In this document: in pieces, positions 1-12,056 of the stretch
How positions within the stretch are numbered: position 1 is the first letter of the stretch
Layout: every line of letters starts with the position of its first letter
Assembly: GCF_000143415.4 (NCBI RefSeq)
Contig: NW_003314294.1
Coordinates: 687,453-751,452, forward strand
Length of the DNA stretch: 64,000 bases
Reading direction: 5' to 3'
Source: Selaginella moellendorffii
Lineage: Eukaryota; Plantae; Lycopodiophyta
Notes under the pieces: model-generated
Databases searched by the model: none
What the model was told of the DNA's origin: nothing
The model's input: only the letters and a program-made list of their open reading frames with translations
Made by a program: the position numbers and the translations under genes

Positions 1-1787
1 GCACCTGGTCAAGGACAACACCCATTAGGATTATTTGTATATGAAAATGCTGAAGAAATGGCATATCCAAAACTATTTGGTAGAAAACCAAGACCATTAG
101 ACATAAAAAATAAATTTACATATCAAGAAATAATCCAATGGGAATTAATGAATGAGGATAGAAAATTTGCACGACATATTGAACATATATTTACAGCAGC
201 AGTAAAAACTGAAATCAAATTTGTTAATCAAAATGCAGGTTTTAGATTAAGAAAATTTACTTATGAAGGAAGAAAAATCACATCAAAAGATGTGCTTGTA
301 AATGGAAATATGGATAAAATATTAAAGTCAAATATAGGTTTTAGAGATTTAAAAAATCTAAGAACATCACCAGATAATTTGGAAGCACTAAAAAAAGATG
401 CATTTGCCATGATAAGACAATTAGGAACACCAACACTATTCTTAACTCTTAGTTGTTCAGAAAGACATTGGGAACCATTAATAAGTGCTTTAAAACATTT
501 AAATACAGATATATTACAAAAAGAAGAGATAGAAAATTTAAATGAAAAAGAGAAAATATATAAAATACTAAGAGCTGATCCAATCACCACAATACGATAT
601 TATGCACATAAAACATCAGCATTTAGAAAATTATTAATGTCTAATTATCACATATTTGGAAGGAAAGTAAAAAACTATGTATTTGTCACACAATTTCAAC
701 AATGTGGTACACCACATGAACATGCACTAATATGGTTAGAAAATCCACCACAAACATTAGAACAAATAAAAGAATATGCTAATGAAAATATATGTACTGA
801 TTCAGAGAAACTACCAGATAATATAAAAGATGTTCAAACTCATAAACATAGAAAAACATATAAGAAATATAAAAATATAAATTGTAGATTTAATTACCCA
901 ATTCCTCCAATGCCACAAATAGAAATCTTAGAGCCTATAAAAGACATTACAAAGCATGAAAAGGATTCATATACAATAATTTACAAAAAAAATAAAAACA
1001 ATACTAGAAGATAAAACTATACATCTAAAACATTTAGAGTTTGATGAATATTTAAAAATAATTGGAATAACATATGAGCAATATAAAGTTACAATAAGAT
1101 CGACAATAACAAATACAAAAAAAATTTATAAACGACAACCAAAAGACATAAACACAAATACTTTTAATAACAAATTATCAAATTTGTGGCAATCAAATGT
1201 AGATATATAAATTATTCTTGATCCATATGCAGCAGCATCATATTGTTTATCATACATTGCATGTATTGAAACAGAAATAACAAAGACATTATCAACTGTA
1301 TTTAAAAAATGCCAAGAAGAAGGAACAGATGCATTTAATAGAGTTCGGTTATTAGGAAATAGCTTCATACGTGGTAGGGAAATGCCAATTCAACAAGCAC
1401 TTTTTTTAATATTGTCAATCCCATTTCATCATATGTCTAGAACTGTAAAGTTCATTGATACTAAACCACAAGAAAGCGAACAAAACGTTTAAAAACAAAA
1501 AGACCTTGCAAAAATGCAAGAACATGAAACAGACATAGTAGTACCTGGACTAATTGAAAAATACATGCAAAGACCAGAAGAATTAGAAGATTTAACATTA
1601 GCAGAGATAACAACTGAATATATAGTTGAAAAAGAAGTAACAACACAAAAACATAAAAAAAAACAATATAATTAGATATATAAACTTTAGTAAAGAAAAA
1701 GATCCAGAAAAGTGGGCTTTTGAAAGATTAATCTTACATAAAAAATTTAGAAAAGAAGAAGATCTTAAAGAAATGTACATAACATAT
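1..1787 (+). pseudogene. Helentron Rep (HUH/Y2) domain region, frameshifted
   Basis: ORF 58-1014 plus downstream frames with HUH-like PHEH and YxxxY-type motifs; broken near 990-1110, about 1460 and about 1660. Confidence 0.85.
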
Positions 1788-2957
1788 TGTAAGGAACCGA
1801 CTCCCCGAGATGTCGTAGGCTAAAGGATCCCCAAAAGCTTGACCGAAATGACAAAGAGTTCATCGGATGGGACCAAGTCGAGGATCGAGTCCAAGACCGA
1901 CTCTAGGACCGAGTTCGAGATAGAGTCAGGATCGAGTCCAAGACCGACTCGGGGACCGAGTTCGAGTCCGAGTTCGAGACCGAGTTCGAGACGGAGTCCG
2001 AGATCCGAAATTGGGTCCGAGACCGAGTCCAAGGTCGAGTCCGAGGTCGGGTCCGAGATCGGGTCCGAGATCGAGTCCGAGATCGAGTCCAAGACCGAAT
2101 CCAAAGTCGGATCCGAAATCGGGTCCGAGATCGAGCCAGAGACTAAGTCCAAATACTAATACGGGTCAAGGGGTGAAAGCCCAAAGCGTGCATCTCCCAG
2201 GGGGGGGGGGGGGGGGGGGGGGCCCCCCGGGGTTCCCAAAATTTAATAGGGGAAGGGGGGGCCAGGAACCAGTCTTGAAGGAACTCTCCAGTGGTGCTTC
2301 CAAACTGACTTGAGGTTGAGACTGGGGCCAAGGGGCCTTGGGTGGGAGTGAGCATGGGCCTGAGTGGTGCCGGAGGGGCCACCCAGGGAAGTGCTCAAAA
2401 GCAACTCCCACTCCCGAAAGGGAAACCGACTGCGGTGCTCCCGGCTCAGGTGGAGTGGTGCCCCACTTGAGTACCTTGTGGCTCATTGGTCCTCGGCCTT
2501 CCTAGGGGCTTGGGCCTTCCCTTCGGGATGGAAGTGGGGGGGTAGAGGTACCCATACCGGGCCGTTAGGCCACGGTGTTTCGCCCCGACGTCCCGAAGCA
2601 AGTGCTGCACCCAAGGCTTGGGATTTAGAGGGTCCCATGATCAAGTCTTGTGGTACCTTGGGGTGTTAGGAATCTGGAGGCTTGGTGTGCTTGGCTGCTT
2701 GTGCCTGCGGGGAGTGTAACCGAACCTTAAGTCCAGTCTAACCCTGGGAGGGGGATTGGGAGAGATTTGGGAATCCGTAGATGGATGGCTAACACTCCGT
2801 TGCTCATGCAGTGAGTAGTTGAAACCAAGTAGGACCAAGTAGGAGCTGGTACCATAGGCGAGAACCTTGGCGAGGGAACTTAGCACAAGCCAGGGCAGAG
2901 TTGGTCGGATAGTCAAAGTAAGCTGGCAAATTGGAAAGGAAAAATTTGTGGCTTACA
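1788..2957 (+). repeat. LTR copy 1 (TGTAAG...CTTACA), flanked on both sides by CATAT
   Basis: Near-identical to 8490-9635; 6-bp terminal inverted repeat; CATAT at 1783-1787 and 2958-2962; no PBS follows it. Confidence 0.93.
1875..2150. repeat. Degenerate 6-bp-period tandem array (CCGAGA/CCGAGT/TCGAGT/TCGGGT) inside the LTR; second copy at about 8577-8841
   Basis: Visible hexamer periodicity; yields S/E/D/G-rich ORFs on both strands. Confidence 0.85.
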
Positions 2958-3746
2958 CATATATGAATGCATATGAAGCAAATATGGAACAAATAAATGA
3001 AAAACAACATCAATACATATATAAAAACATAACAAATGAGAGTGAATTTGATTGGGAGAATCCAGAACAAGAAGCAAATAAAATATTAAAAGACAAACCA
3101 AACAGATGAATTTGATATAGGGAAAGATTTATTCAAAATGAAAATTAACAAAAACTTAAATTTAAATATAAAAGATAAAATATTAACAAATACAACAATT
3201 ATAATACAAGATCAAAACCTTATGGAAACTAGTAAATATCACAAATTATTAAGAACTCTTAATAAAAAGCAAAGAATAATACATGATGACTTCATATTGA
3301 AAAAAATAAAACAACCTAACAAACAATTGTGCTTATTTTTAACAGGAGGAGCAGGAACTGGAAAATCAATGCTTTTAAATACACTTATAGAAACACTCAA
3401 ACGATATTATAAAACAAACCAAGATATAAATAATGAACCAGGACAAACAATATTAATAACAGCACCTACAGGAAAAGCAGCTTGTAATATAAATGGTTCA
3501 ACAATACATTCAGCTTTTGCATTTCGACCAGAAGCATCAAAACAACGTCAAACAATATTAATAAATGACATATTAGATAAATATAAAAGAAAGTTTTCAA
3601 CAAGAAAATGTTTAGTAATAGATGAAATATCAATGGTAAGTATAGAAATGCTACAAGATATAAATAGAAGATATGAAAGCTTCAAAACAACATATGGAAT
3701 AGACTTTGGTGGGATGGATTGTATATTTACAGGTGATTTCTATCAA
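2958..3746 (+). repeat. Duplicated Helentron helicase segment (copy of 9636-10453 with a 29-bp deletion)
   Basis: Direct sequence match from CATAT to GATTTCTATCAA; ACAGGCACAGTATATACAAGAAATAAACA is absent from this copy. Confidence 0.92.
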
Positions 3747-6700
3747 ACCGAAGCCCCCACCGGTCTTCAAGGGAGTGAACGACTATAAGGTGGTGGAGGA
3801 TTGGTTTTACGATATGGAGGACTACTTCCGAGCGTTGCGATTACCGAGCTCGGAGAAGGTCCCATGTGCAAAACCATACTTGGCAGATAATGCCAAGTCT
3901 TGGTGGAGAACAACGGAGGCCAACGAAGGACCGGTGGCCACTTGGGAAATGATGAAGGTGAGGATCCGCGCAACTTACGTTCCTCCGAATGCTACTCTGC
4001 ACCTAAGGGACGAGCTGAGTAGGCTGAAGCAGACCGGAACCATTCAGGAGTATGTGAATGGGTTTATGGCAAAGAGGATACTTGTCACGAATATGGGGGA
4101 TATGGATGCGTTCCATGCCTTCATATCAGGCTTGCAAACCTGGGCTCGCGGCGAAGTAATGCGGTGGAACCCGACCAACTACAAGGAAGCGTTGGATGCG
4201 GCCATCAAGGTGCATTTCAACGATAACCTGCGAAAGGGGAACACGACGGGGTCGGGATCCACATTTAGCAAAGGGGCCAAACCAAGGGGAACGTTTAGCA
4301 GAGGGAAATTCAAGAGGAGTTTCTCTAAGAATGAGTCCTCAGGGTTCCGGAAAGGCAAATCCAGGGGCCAGCGAGCGACTACGTGGGGGAGTCAAGCAAA
4401 AAGAGACAAACCCATGGATAAAAAGGTCAAGTCGTATAGCAGCGTGGGAAACAACGTATGCTACAACTGCGGTGAAGCGGGACACTTCTCGAGGGAATGT
4501 CCCTACCCGAAGAAGGCCAGAGCCAATATGGCCATCAAGTCGGGTGAAGTCCAAATGGAGGTATGTGATCCAGTCCCTAACTCAAAGTTACTCATTACAC
4601 GAGCAACTTTGGTAGAGAGTCGTTCGCGACATTTACTAGCCCTCCGAGGGAAGCTCGGAGGTAGCTTTGTTAAAATCCTTATTGACACGGGTGCTTCGGA
4701 TAATTTTGTGGCTGCAGACATAGTCCGGCAAGCTGGACTAACAGTGCAGCGGCTAGGCGAACCAAGGACTATAGAGTTTGTTCAAGGTAGCCAAAGCACC
4801 GATGAGGTACTTCGACAAGCGAGAGTCGAAGTGGGGACTTGGAAGGTGGACATGGATTTCACCGTGTTGGACATGGCGGGATTTGACGTGATCTTCGGAA
4901 TGGACTGGTTCAATCGATTCGTGGTAGCCCTGCATGGACAAGGTAGAAACCTTGTGGTACTGGCGAATGCCCAAGGAAGAAGATCTAGGGTGGAGGCCCA
5001 AGATCTAAAGGTAAGGCAAAGCAAAGCCAAAGATTCCTGCTTAAACCTGGTGTCCACGAGAGGACAACTCACTAAAGGAACTAAGGCGGCCTTTTTGTGC
5101 TTACTCTCGGTGAAGAGTGACAAAAAGACAGGAATGGAAGAAGTACCTTTAGTGATCCAGCGGGTGTTGGACCAATTCCAGGATACCATGCCGGAGGAGT
5201 TACCGGCGGGGCTACCCCCAGCACGACCGATAGAACATAAGATTGAGCTGGTCGAGGGTGCTAAGGCAGTGGTTCGTCCCCCTTATCGTCTGAACGAAAA
5301 AGAACTCAAGGAGCTCAAGTGCCAACTAGAGGAGTTGGTGGACAAAGGGTATGTTAGGTTGAGCAAGTCGCCGTATGGGGTGCCGGTGTTATTTGTGAAA
5401 AAGAAAGATGGATCTATGCGCATGTGCATAGACTACCGGTTGCTCAACAAGTATACAAAGAAGAACAAGTACCCTTTGCCAAGGATTGAGGACCTGTTCG
5501 ATAGGTTGGGAAAGGCAAAATACTTCTCGAGGATTGACCTAAGGTCAGGATACTACCAGATTAGGGTAGCCGAGGAAGATGTCGATAAGACAACCTGTCG
5601 AACGAGGTATGGGAGCTTTGAGTTTCTGGTGATGCCCTTCGGGCTATGTAATGCGCCGGCAACGTTTTCGGCGCTAATGAACCACATCTTTGTACCCTAT
5701 CTGGATCACATCGTGGTCGTCTATATCGACGACATCCTGATCTATAGCGAGACGCTAGAGGAGCATGCCGAACACTTGGCGAAGGTGTTTGAGAAACTAA
5801 GGGAACACAAGCTGTATGCTAAAGAGAGCAAATGTGACTTTGCTCAACAAGAGGTAAAGTTTCTCGGGCATGTGGTGGGCCAGGACAGGCTCAAGGTGGA
5901 CCCGGAGAAGGTCCAAGCGATCCAGGAATGGGAGCGACCATCCAATGTACACGAGTTGACGGCATTCCTGGGGCTATGCAACTACTATCAAAAGTTTATC
6001 AGACACTATTCAAGAGTAGCCCTGCCCTTAACGGACCAAACAGGAAAAGGGAAGATGGTGTGGACAGCAGAATGCGAGGCGGCATTCGTCCACCTCAAAG
6101 GGAAGTTGAGGAAGGCTCCCGTATTGGCATTACCAGACTTTGGTAAGGACTTTGAGGTAGAAACGGATGCTTCGGACTTTGCGTTAGGCGCAGTTTTGAA
6201 GCAAGACAACCATCCGGTAGCGTTCTTCTCGAAGAAGCTGGACAAGGCTCAACGGAAGTGGCCTGCCCACGAGAAGGAATTGTTTGCGGTGGTCAAGGCG
6301 CTCAAGGAGTGGTGACACTACCTTGGGAGACACTTCAAGGTTTACACGGACAATGTGGCAACGAAACACTTCTTGTCACAGCCCGACCTAAGAGGGAAAC
6401 AAGGTCGGTGGGCCAATGCCTTGGCCGAGTTTGATTGCGAAATTCTATACAAGCCTGGGAAGAGCAACATCGTGGCAGATGCGCTAAGTCGAAAAGCGAG
6501 CTTGAGGTTGGCAATATCCAGCGCAACAGCAACCTTCTGGGACGATGTGCGGACAGCATATGAGAACGATGGTCTAGCACAGGAAGTGTTGCTGAGGAAT
6601 CTAGAGGCGCGGGAAGCTCACCAGAGAGGTGAGTTGCTAACGGAAGAGAAAACGGGCTATGCGGAATGCAACGGACTCATTTATTACAAGCAAACGAGGG

Positions 6701-8229
6701 TGTATGTTCCAGAAGGGGAACTAAGGAAGGTGGCCTTAGAAGAGTGTCATGACGGACCTCTTGCGGGACACGGTGGAGTGCCCAAGACGATGGGCTTACT
6801 CAAAAGGAAGTACCATTGGCCAGATATGGCTAAGGACGTCCAAGACTATATAAAGACATGTCCAACATGTCAGCAGGTAAAAGACGTGACTAAGGCTAGT
6901 GGGGGCTTTTTGCAAAGCATCCCAATTCCAGATCGCCCGCGGAAATGTCTTACGATGGACTTCATCACAGGACTCCCCCCAAGCGAGGGGTTTGATGCGA
7001 TATTCGTGGTGGTGGACCGATTTTCGAAAATGGCACACTTCATACCCACCACAACGGAGGTGGATGCGGAAGGTGTGGCAAAGCTGTTCTTCGAACAAGT
7101 GGCTCGAGTGCGGGGAAGACCGGAAGAGATCATCTCAGATCGAGATAAGATCTTCACCAGTAGGTTCTGGAGGACTCTCCTGGAATAGTATCGCACGAAG
7201 TTGAAATTCAGCACAGCCTATCACCCACAGACAGACGGACAAACGGAAAGTGTGAATAGGCAGCTGGAGGATTATTTGCGATGCTATGTCTCGGGAGACC
7301 AGACCGATTGGGTAAGTCATTTGGGACTTGCGGAAATGTGTTATAACAACTCACCACATTCGAGTATCGGGGTGAGTCCATGGGAGGTCATCAATGGGCG
7401 AGCTATTGAAGGTCCTGTGGAACTCGGCGTGGCCGAGTATCATGGAGAGTTGCCCGCAGTGAAGGCATTCATGGCGGAAAGACTCAGCATTTGGAATCTA
7501 GTGAGGGATTCCTTGGAACGGGCTCAACAAAGGCAAACCAAATACGCGAACCAGAAGCGTCGGGATGTAGAGTTCCAAGCTGGGGAGAAGGTGTGGCTGA
7601 ACACCAAGAACCTCAGACTACCAAGTGGGATCAGCCGAAAGTTGACCCAAAGGTAAAGATGCATGTATTCCTGTAAATGAATTGATCTTGAGTTCCTTAA
7701 GCAGGTTCGTGGGGCCTTACGAGATTGAGGCACGAATCGGTAAAGTGGCTTACCGACTCTGACTTCCTCGAGAGATGGGGAAGATGCACCCAGTGTTCCA
7801 CGTGAACTTACTCAAGCCGTACTTTGAGGATCTGCTTCGCAAGGACCAAGTGAGACCTTTACCTGAGGTTATCCAAGGGGAAGAGGAATACGAAGTCGAG
7901 GCCATCCTCAATGCGCGCAAGAGCAAGCGACAAGGACGCGAGGTGAGAGAGTTCCATGTGAAGTGGAAAGGATTTCCACACTGCGAAGCAACATGGGAAC
8001 CAGAGGAGAACCTAGCGAACACGCGAGATCTAGTGGAGGAATTTCTGCAAGGCAAAACTCTATGTACTTATGCAAAATTCAATTAAAAATATCAATTTGC
8101 AAAGTTGAGCAAGTGGCGTATGTTGGGACCCGAAGGCGCGCCAAAGGTAAGCTAATTATCATGGGTTGGATAGGTCGACCAGGCGTAGGGCACTACGCCC
8201 GACTCCCCGCGGGGATGTCGAATCCGTAG
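3744..8229 (+). mobile_element. Ty3/gypsy chromovirus gag-pol (5'-truncated gag, CCHC knuckle, PR, RT, RNaseH, IN, chromodomain) with in-frame stops and intron(s)
   Basis: [14 protein letters not shown]; ILIDTGAS; [10 protein letters not shown]; [13 protein letters not shown]; HH-CC integrase finger, MDFITGLP, HPQTDGQTE; GPY motif; YEVEAILNAR..VKWKGFP..EATWEPEENL. Stops at 6313, 7186 and 7760 are each one C>T change from CGA/CAG. Confidence 0.95.
7653..7704 (+). other. Putative 52-nt GT-AG spliceosomal intron in the integrase GPY/F region
   Basis: AG|GTAAAG...TTAAGCAG|GT; removal restores KLTQRFVGPYEIEARIGKVAYRL in frame with the chromodomain ORF. Confidence 0.75.
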
Positions 8230-8477
8230 ACGTATTCTACGGAGGTTGGGTTCGAGTCCCAATCCCCTAGTAAAGCAAGGCTGGGTTCAAGTCCTGACCC
8301 CATACTAGGGCGTGGTGAGGTGAGGAGTATAGGGACACCTATATTCCGTTGTCATGGGCTCTTGGCCGGGGAGGCTAACTTAGGCACACCGCTAAGTGGG
8401 GGGATGCCCCCGGAGACATGGTCAACAAGTCGTAGGATAAAACGAGACGTTCGATGTGGGCATCGAACTTCTTCTAT

Positions 8478-8489
8478 GGGTGGTGGAGT
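8478..8489 (+). other. Polypurine-tract-like sequence before the 3' LTR
   Basis: GGGTGGTGGAGT immediately 5' of TGTAAG at 8490. Confidence 0.6.
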
Positions 8490-9635
8490 TGTAAGGAACC
8501 GACTCCCCGAGATGTCGTAAGCTAAAGGATCCCCAAAAGCTTGACCGAAATGACAAAGAGTTCATCGGATGGGACCAAGTCGAGGATCGAGTCCAAGACC
8601 GACTCTAGGACCGAGTTCGAGATAGAGTCTGGAATCGAGTCCAAGACCGACTCGGGGACTGAGTTCGAGTCCGAGTTCGAGACCGAGTTCGAGATGGAGT
8701 CCGAGATCCGAAATCGGGTCCGAGACCGAGTCCGAGGTCGAGTCCGAGGTCGGGTCCGAGATCGGGTCCGAGATCGAGTCTGAGACCGAATCCGAAGTCG
8801 GATCCGAAATCGGGTCCGAGATCGAGCCAGAGACTAAGTCCAAATACTAATACGGGTCAAGGGGTGAAAGCCCAAAGCGTGCATCTCCCGGGGGGGGGGG
8901 CTGCAGGGGGTTCCAAAAGTATAGTAGGGATAGTGAGGTCCAGGAACCAGTCTTGAAGGAACTCTCCAGTGGTGCTTCCAAACTGACTTGAGGTTGAGAC
9001 TGGGGCCGAGGGGCCTTGGGTGGGAGTGAGCATGGGCCTGAGTGGTGCCGGAGGGGCCACCCAGGGAAGTGCTCAAGAGCAGCTCCCACTCCCGAAAGGG
9101 AAACCGACTGCGGTGCTCCCGGCTCAGGTGGAGTGGTGCCCCACTTGAGTACCTTGTGGCTCATTGGTCCTCACCCTTCCTAGGGGCTTGGGCCTTCCCT
9201 TCGGGATGGAAGTGGGGGGGTAGAGGTACCCATACCAGGCCGTTAGGCCACGGTGTTTCGCCCCGACGTCCTGAAGCAAGTGCTGCACCCAAGGCTTGGG
9301 ATTTAGAGGGTCCCATGATCAAGTCTTGTGGTACCTTGGGGTGTTAGGAATCTGGAGGCTTGGTGTGCTTGGCTGCTTGTGCCTGCGGGGAGTGTAACCG
9401 AACCTTAAGTCCAGTCTAACCCGGGGAGGGGGATTGGGAGAGATTTGGGAATCCGTAGATGGATGGCTAACACTCCGTTGCTCGTGCAGTGAGTAGTTGA
9501 AACCAAGTAGGACCAAGTAGGAGCTGGTACCATAGGCGAGAACCTTGGCGAGGGAACTTAGCACAAGCCAGGGCAGAGTTGGTCGGATAGTCGAGGTAAG
9601 CTGGCAAATTGGAAAGGAAAAATTTGTGGCTTACA
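8490..9635 (+). repeat. LTR copy 2 (3' LTR), followed by TSD CATAT
   Basis: TGTAAG...CTTACA; matches 1788-2957; CATAT at 9636-9640. Confidence 0.93.
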
Positions 9636-12017
9636 CATATATGAATGCATATGAAGCAAATATGGAACAAATAAATGAAAAACAACATCAATACATATAT
9701 AAAAACATAACAAATGAGAGTGAATTTGATTGGGAGAATCCAGAACAAGAAGCAAATAAAATATTAAAAGAACAGGCACAGTATATACAAGAAATAAACA
9801 CAAACCAAACAGATGAATTTGATATAGGGAAAGATTTATTCAAAATGAAAATTAACAAAAACTTAAAATTAAATATAAAAGATAAAATATTAACAAATAC
9901 AACAATTATAATACAAGATCAAAACCTTATGGAAACTAGTAAATATCACAAATTATTAAGAACTCTTAATAAAAAGCAAAGAATAATACATGATGACTTC
10001 ATATTGAAAAAAATAAAACAACCTAACAAACAATTGTGCTTATTTTTAACAGGAGGAGCAGGAACTGGAAAATCAATGCTTTTAAATACACTTATAGAAA
10101 CACTCAAACGATATTATAAAACAAACCAAGATATAAATAATGAACCAGGACAAACAATATTAATAACAGCACCTACAGGAAAAGCAGCTTGTAATATAAA
10201 TGGTTCAACAATACATTCAGCTTTTGCATTTCGACCAGAAGCATCAAAACAACGTCAAACAATATTAATAAATGACACATTAGATAAATATAAAAGAAAG
10301 TTTTCAACAATAAAATGTTTAGTAATAGATGAAATATCAATGGTAAGTATAGAAATGCTACAAGATATAAATAGAAGATATGAAAGCTTCAAAACAACAT
10401 ATGGAATAGACTTTGGTGGGATGGATTGTATATTTACAGGTGATTTCTATCAATTAAATCCTACATTTGAAGCACCAATTTATTCAACAAAAACATATAG
10501 ACCAGAAAATGATTTCTCCATACACCACCCATGGAAAAATAATTTTAAAATCTATGAACTTACTGAAATAATGAGGCAAAAAGATTATATAATCTTTATA
10601 AAAGCTTTAAATAAAATAAAAATAGGAGAACAAACAGATAAAGAGCTAGAATATATAAATAAACAAGTCACCATAGATACATATAACACAAAATACTATT
10701 CTATATTTGCAACTAATAAACAAGTAAGAGAACATAATGAAAAAATAATACAACACATACAAGGTAAAGATATAATTATAGAAGCACAAGACAAACATGG
10801 AAATTCCTGTCCTACACATTTCACGCTGCCAAATGACACAAGAAAAACACAAGGACTACATAAAATATTACATTTGAAAAAGAAAATGACAATTGAAATA
10901 ACACAAAATATAGCAACAAAAGATGGATTAGTAAATGGAGTAGATGGAGTATTACAAGATATAACCCAGATTGAAGAAGAACAAATAATATGGATAGAAT
11001 TCCCAAATATAAAAACAGGTGAAAAAACAAGAGCTAAAGAAAATATAACAATAAAGAAAAATAATGAAAAAAACTGGACACCAATAAAAAAAAATAACAA
11101 GAACAATAAATATTACTAAAAATAAAAACCATGTTATAAGTAGAACCCAATTTCCAGTACAACCATGTGCAGGAAGAACAATACATAGAGCACAAGGATC
11201 AACAGTTATGCAATTAGGATATGACCCATATAAAACAAAATATCCAGGACAAGCATATACTGCATTATCAAGAGCACAAACATTAAAAGGGATACATTTA
11301 TATAGACCAATTGAACATAAACATATTAAAATCAATAAAGATGCAGCTAAAGAAATAATAAGAATGACAACAGAAGCACCATGGCAAATTGATTTAATAG
11401 ATTTACAAGAAGAAAAAAAAGCTAACCAAACAATTATACAAGTTCTAAATACAAGATCTATTACTGCACATCAAGAAGATATAAAGAGTGATTCACAATT
11501 ATTAACATCAGATATAATATGTATGCAAGAAGTAAGAACACAAAAACATGAGGATTTATATTTTAATAAATATAAATCATATATACATGAACAACCCCCA
11601 CACATAGCAATATTGCATACAAATGACTAGAAATCAGAAATAGTAAAACATTTAAAAACAGAAACAATGGCAATGTCATATGTATCACTAGAAAAAAATA
11701 AAAAACAATTACAGATAATAAATTTACATAGAAGACCTGGAACAAATATACATATATTCATAAAACAACTACAAAAATATATACAGAAAATAGATAATAA
11801 AAAACCAGTAATAATTGACTACCAAATAGAAGAAGTAAAACCACTTCAAACAATAATGGAGAAAGAAGGATATATACAAATAATAAAACACAATACACAT
11901 AATAATAAATTAATAGATCATATATGGATAAAAGATATAATATATACAAAAGCAGGAATAGCACCTGCATATTGGACAGATCATAACAAATTATATATCA
12001 TAATAAAAAATATTTAA
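9636..12017 (+). pseudogene. Helentron PIF1 helicase and APE-like endonuclease coding region, frameshifted
   Basis: ORFs 9545-11119, 11208-11630 and 11667-12017 carry consecutive helicase and EEP motifs; the GDFN-type motif appears deleted (KPVIIDYQ). Confidence 0.85.
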
Positions 12018-12034
12018 AAACAAAAGCAAACCAA

Positions 12035-12056
12035 GTGTTGCTACAATGCAACGCAC
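12035..12056 (+). other. Candidate 3' subterminal hairpin of the rolling-circle element
   Basis: GTGTTGC-TACAAT-GCAACGC stem-loop about 20 bp after the last ORF, at the end of the A-rich tract. Confidence 0.45.

Noticed and set aside
1875-2150. CRISPR-like appearance of the short repeats
   Set aside because: Continuous 6-bp periodicity with no unique spacers, inside a eukaryotic LTR, and no cas genes.
2220-2265. Local strong divergence between the LTRs after the G-run
   Set aside because: Immediately follows a long homopolymer, so sequencing error or slippage is likely; not used for dating.
1820-2669. S/E/D/P-rich ORFs on both strands of the LTRs (also 8541-9347)
   Set aside because: By-products of the hexamer array and GC-rich LTR sequence; the frames differ between the two LTRs.
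3706-3746. N terminus of the 869-aa ORF (and of 9545-11119) as a real fusion protein
   Set aside because: These frames simply run across rearrangement junctions (Helentron/gag and LTR/Helentron) from non-ATG starts.
6313-7762. Programmed readthrough or editing of the three pol stop codons
   Set aside because: All are single C>T changes (CGA>TGA, CAG>TAG) expected from methylcytosine deamination.
8147-8173. Third possible intron GTAAG...TAG in the retroelement tail
   Set aside because: Only 27 nt, below plausible intron size here, and not needed to keep the frame open.
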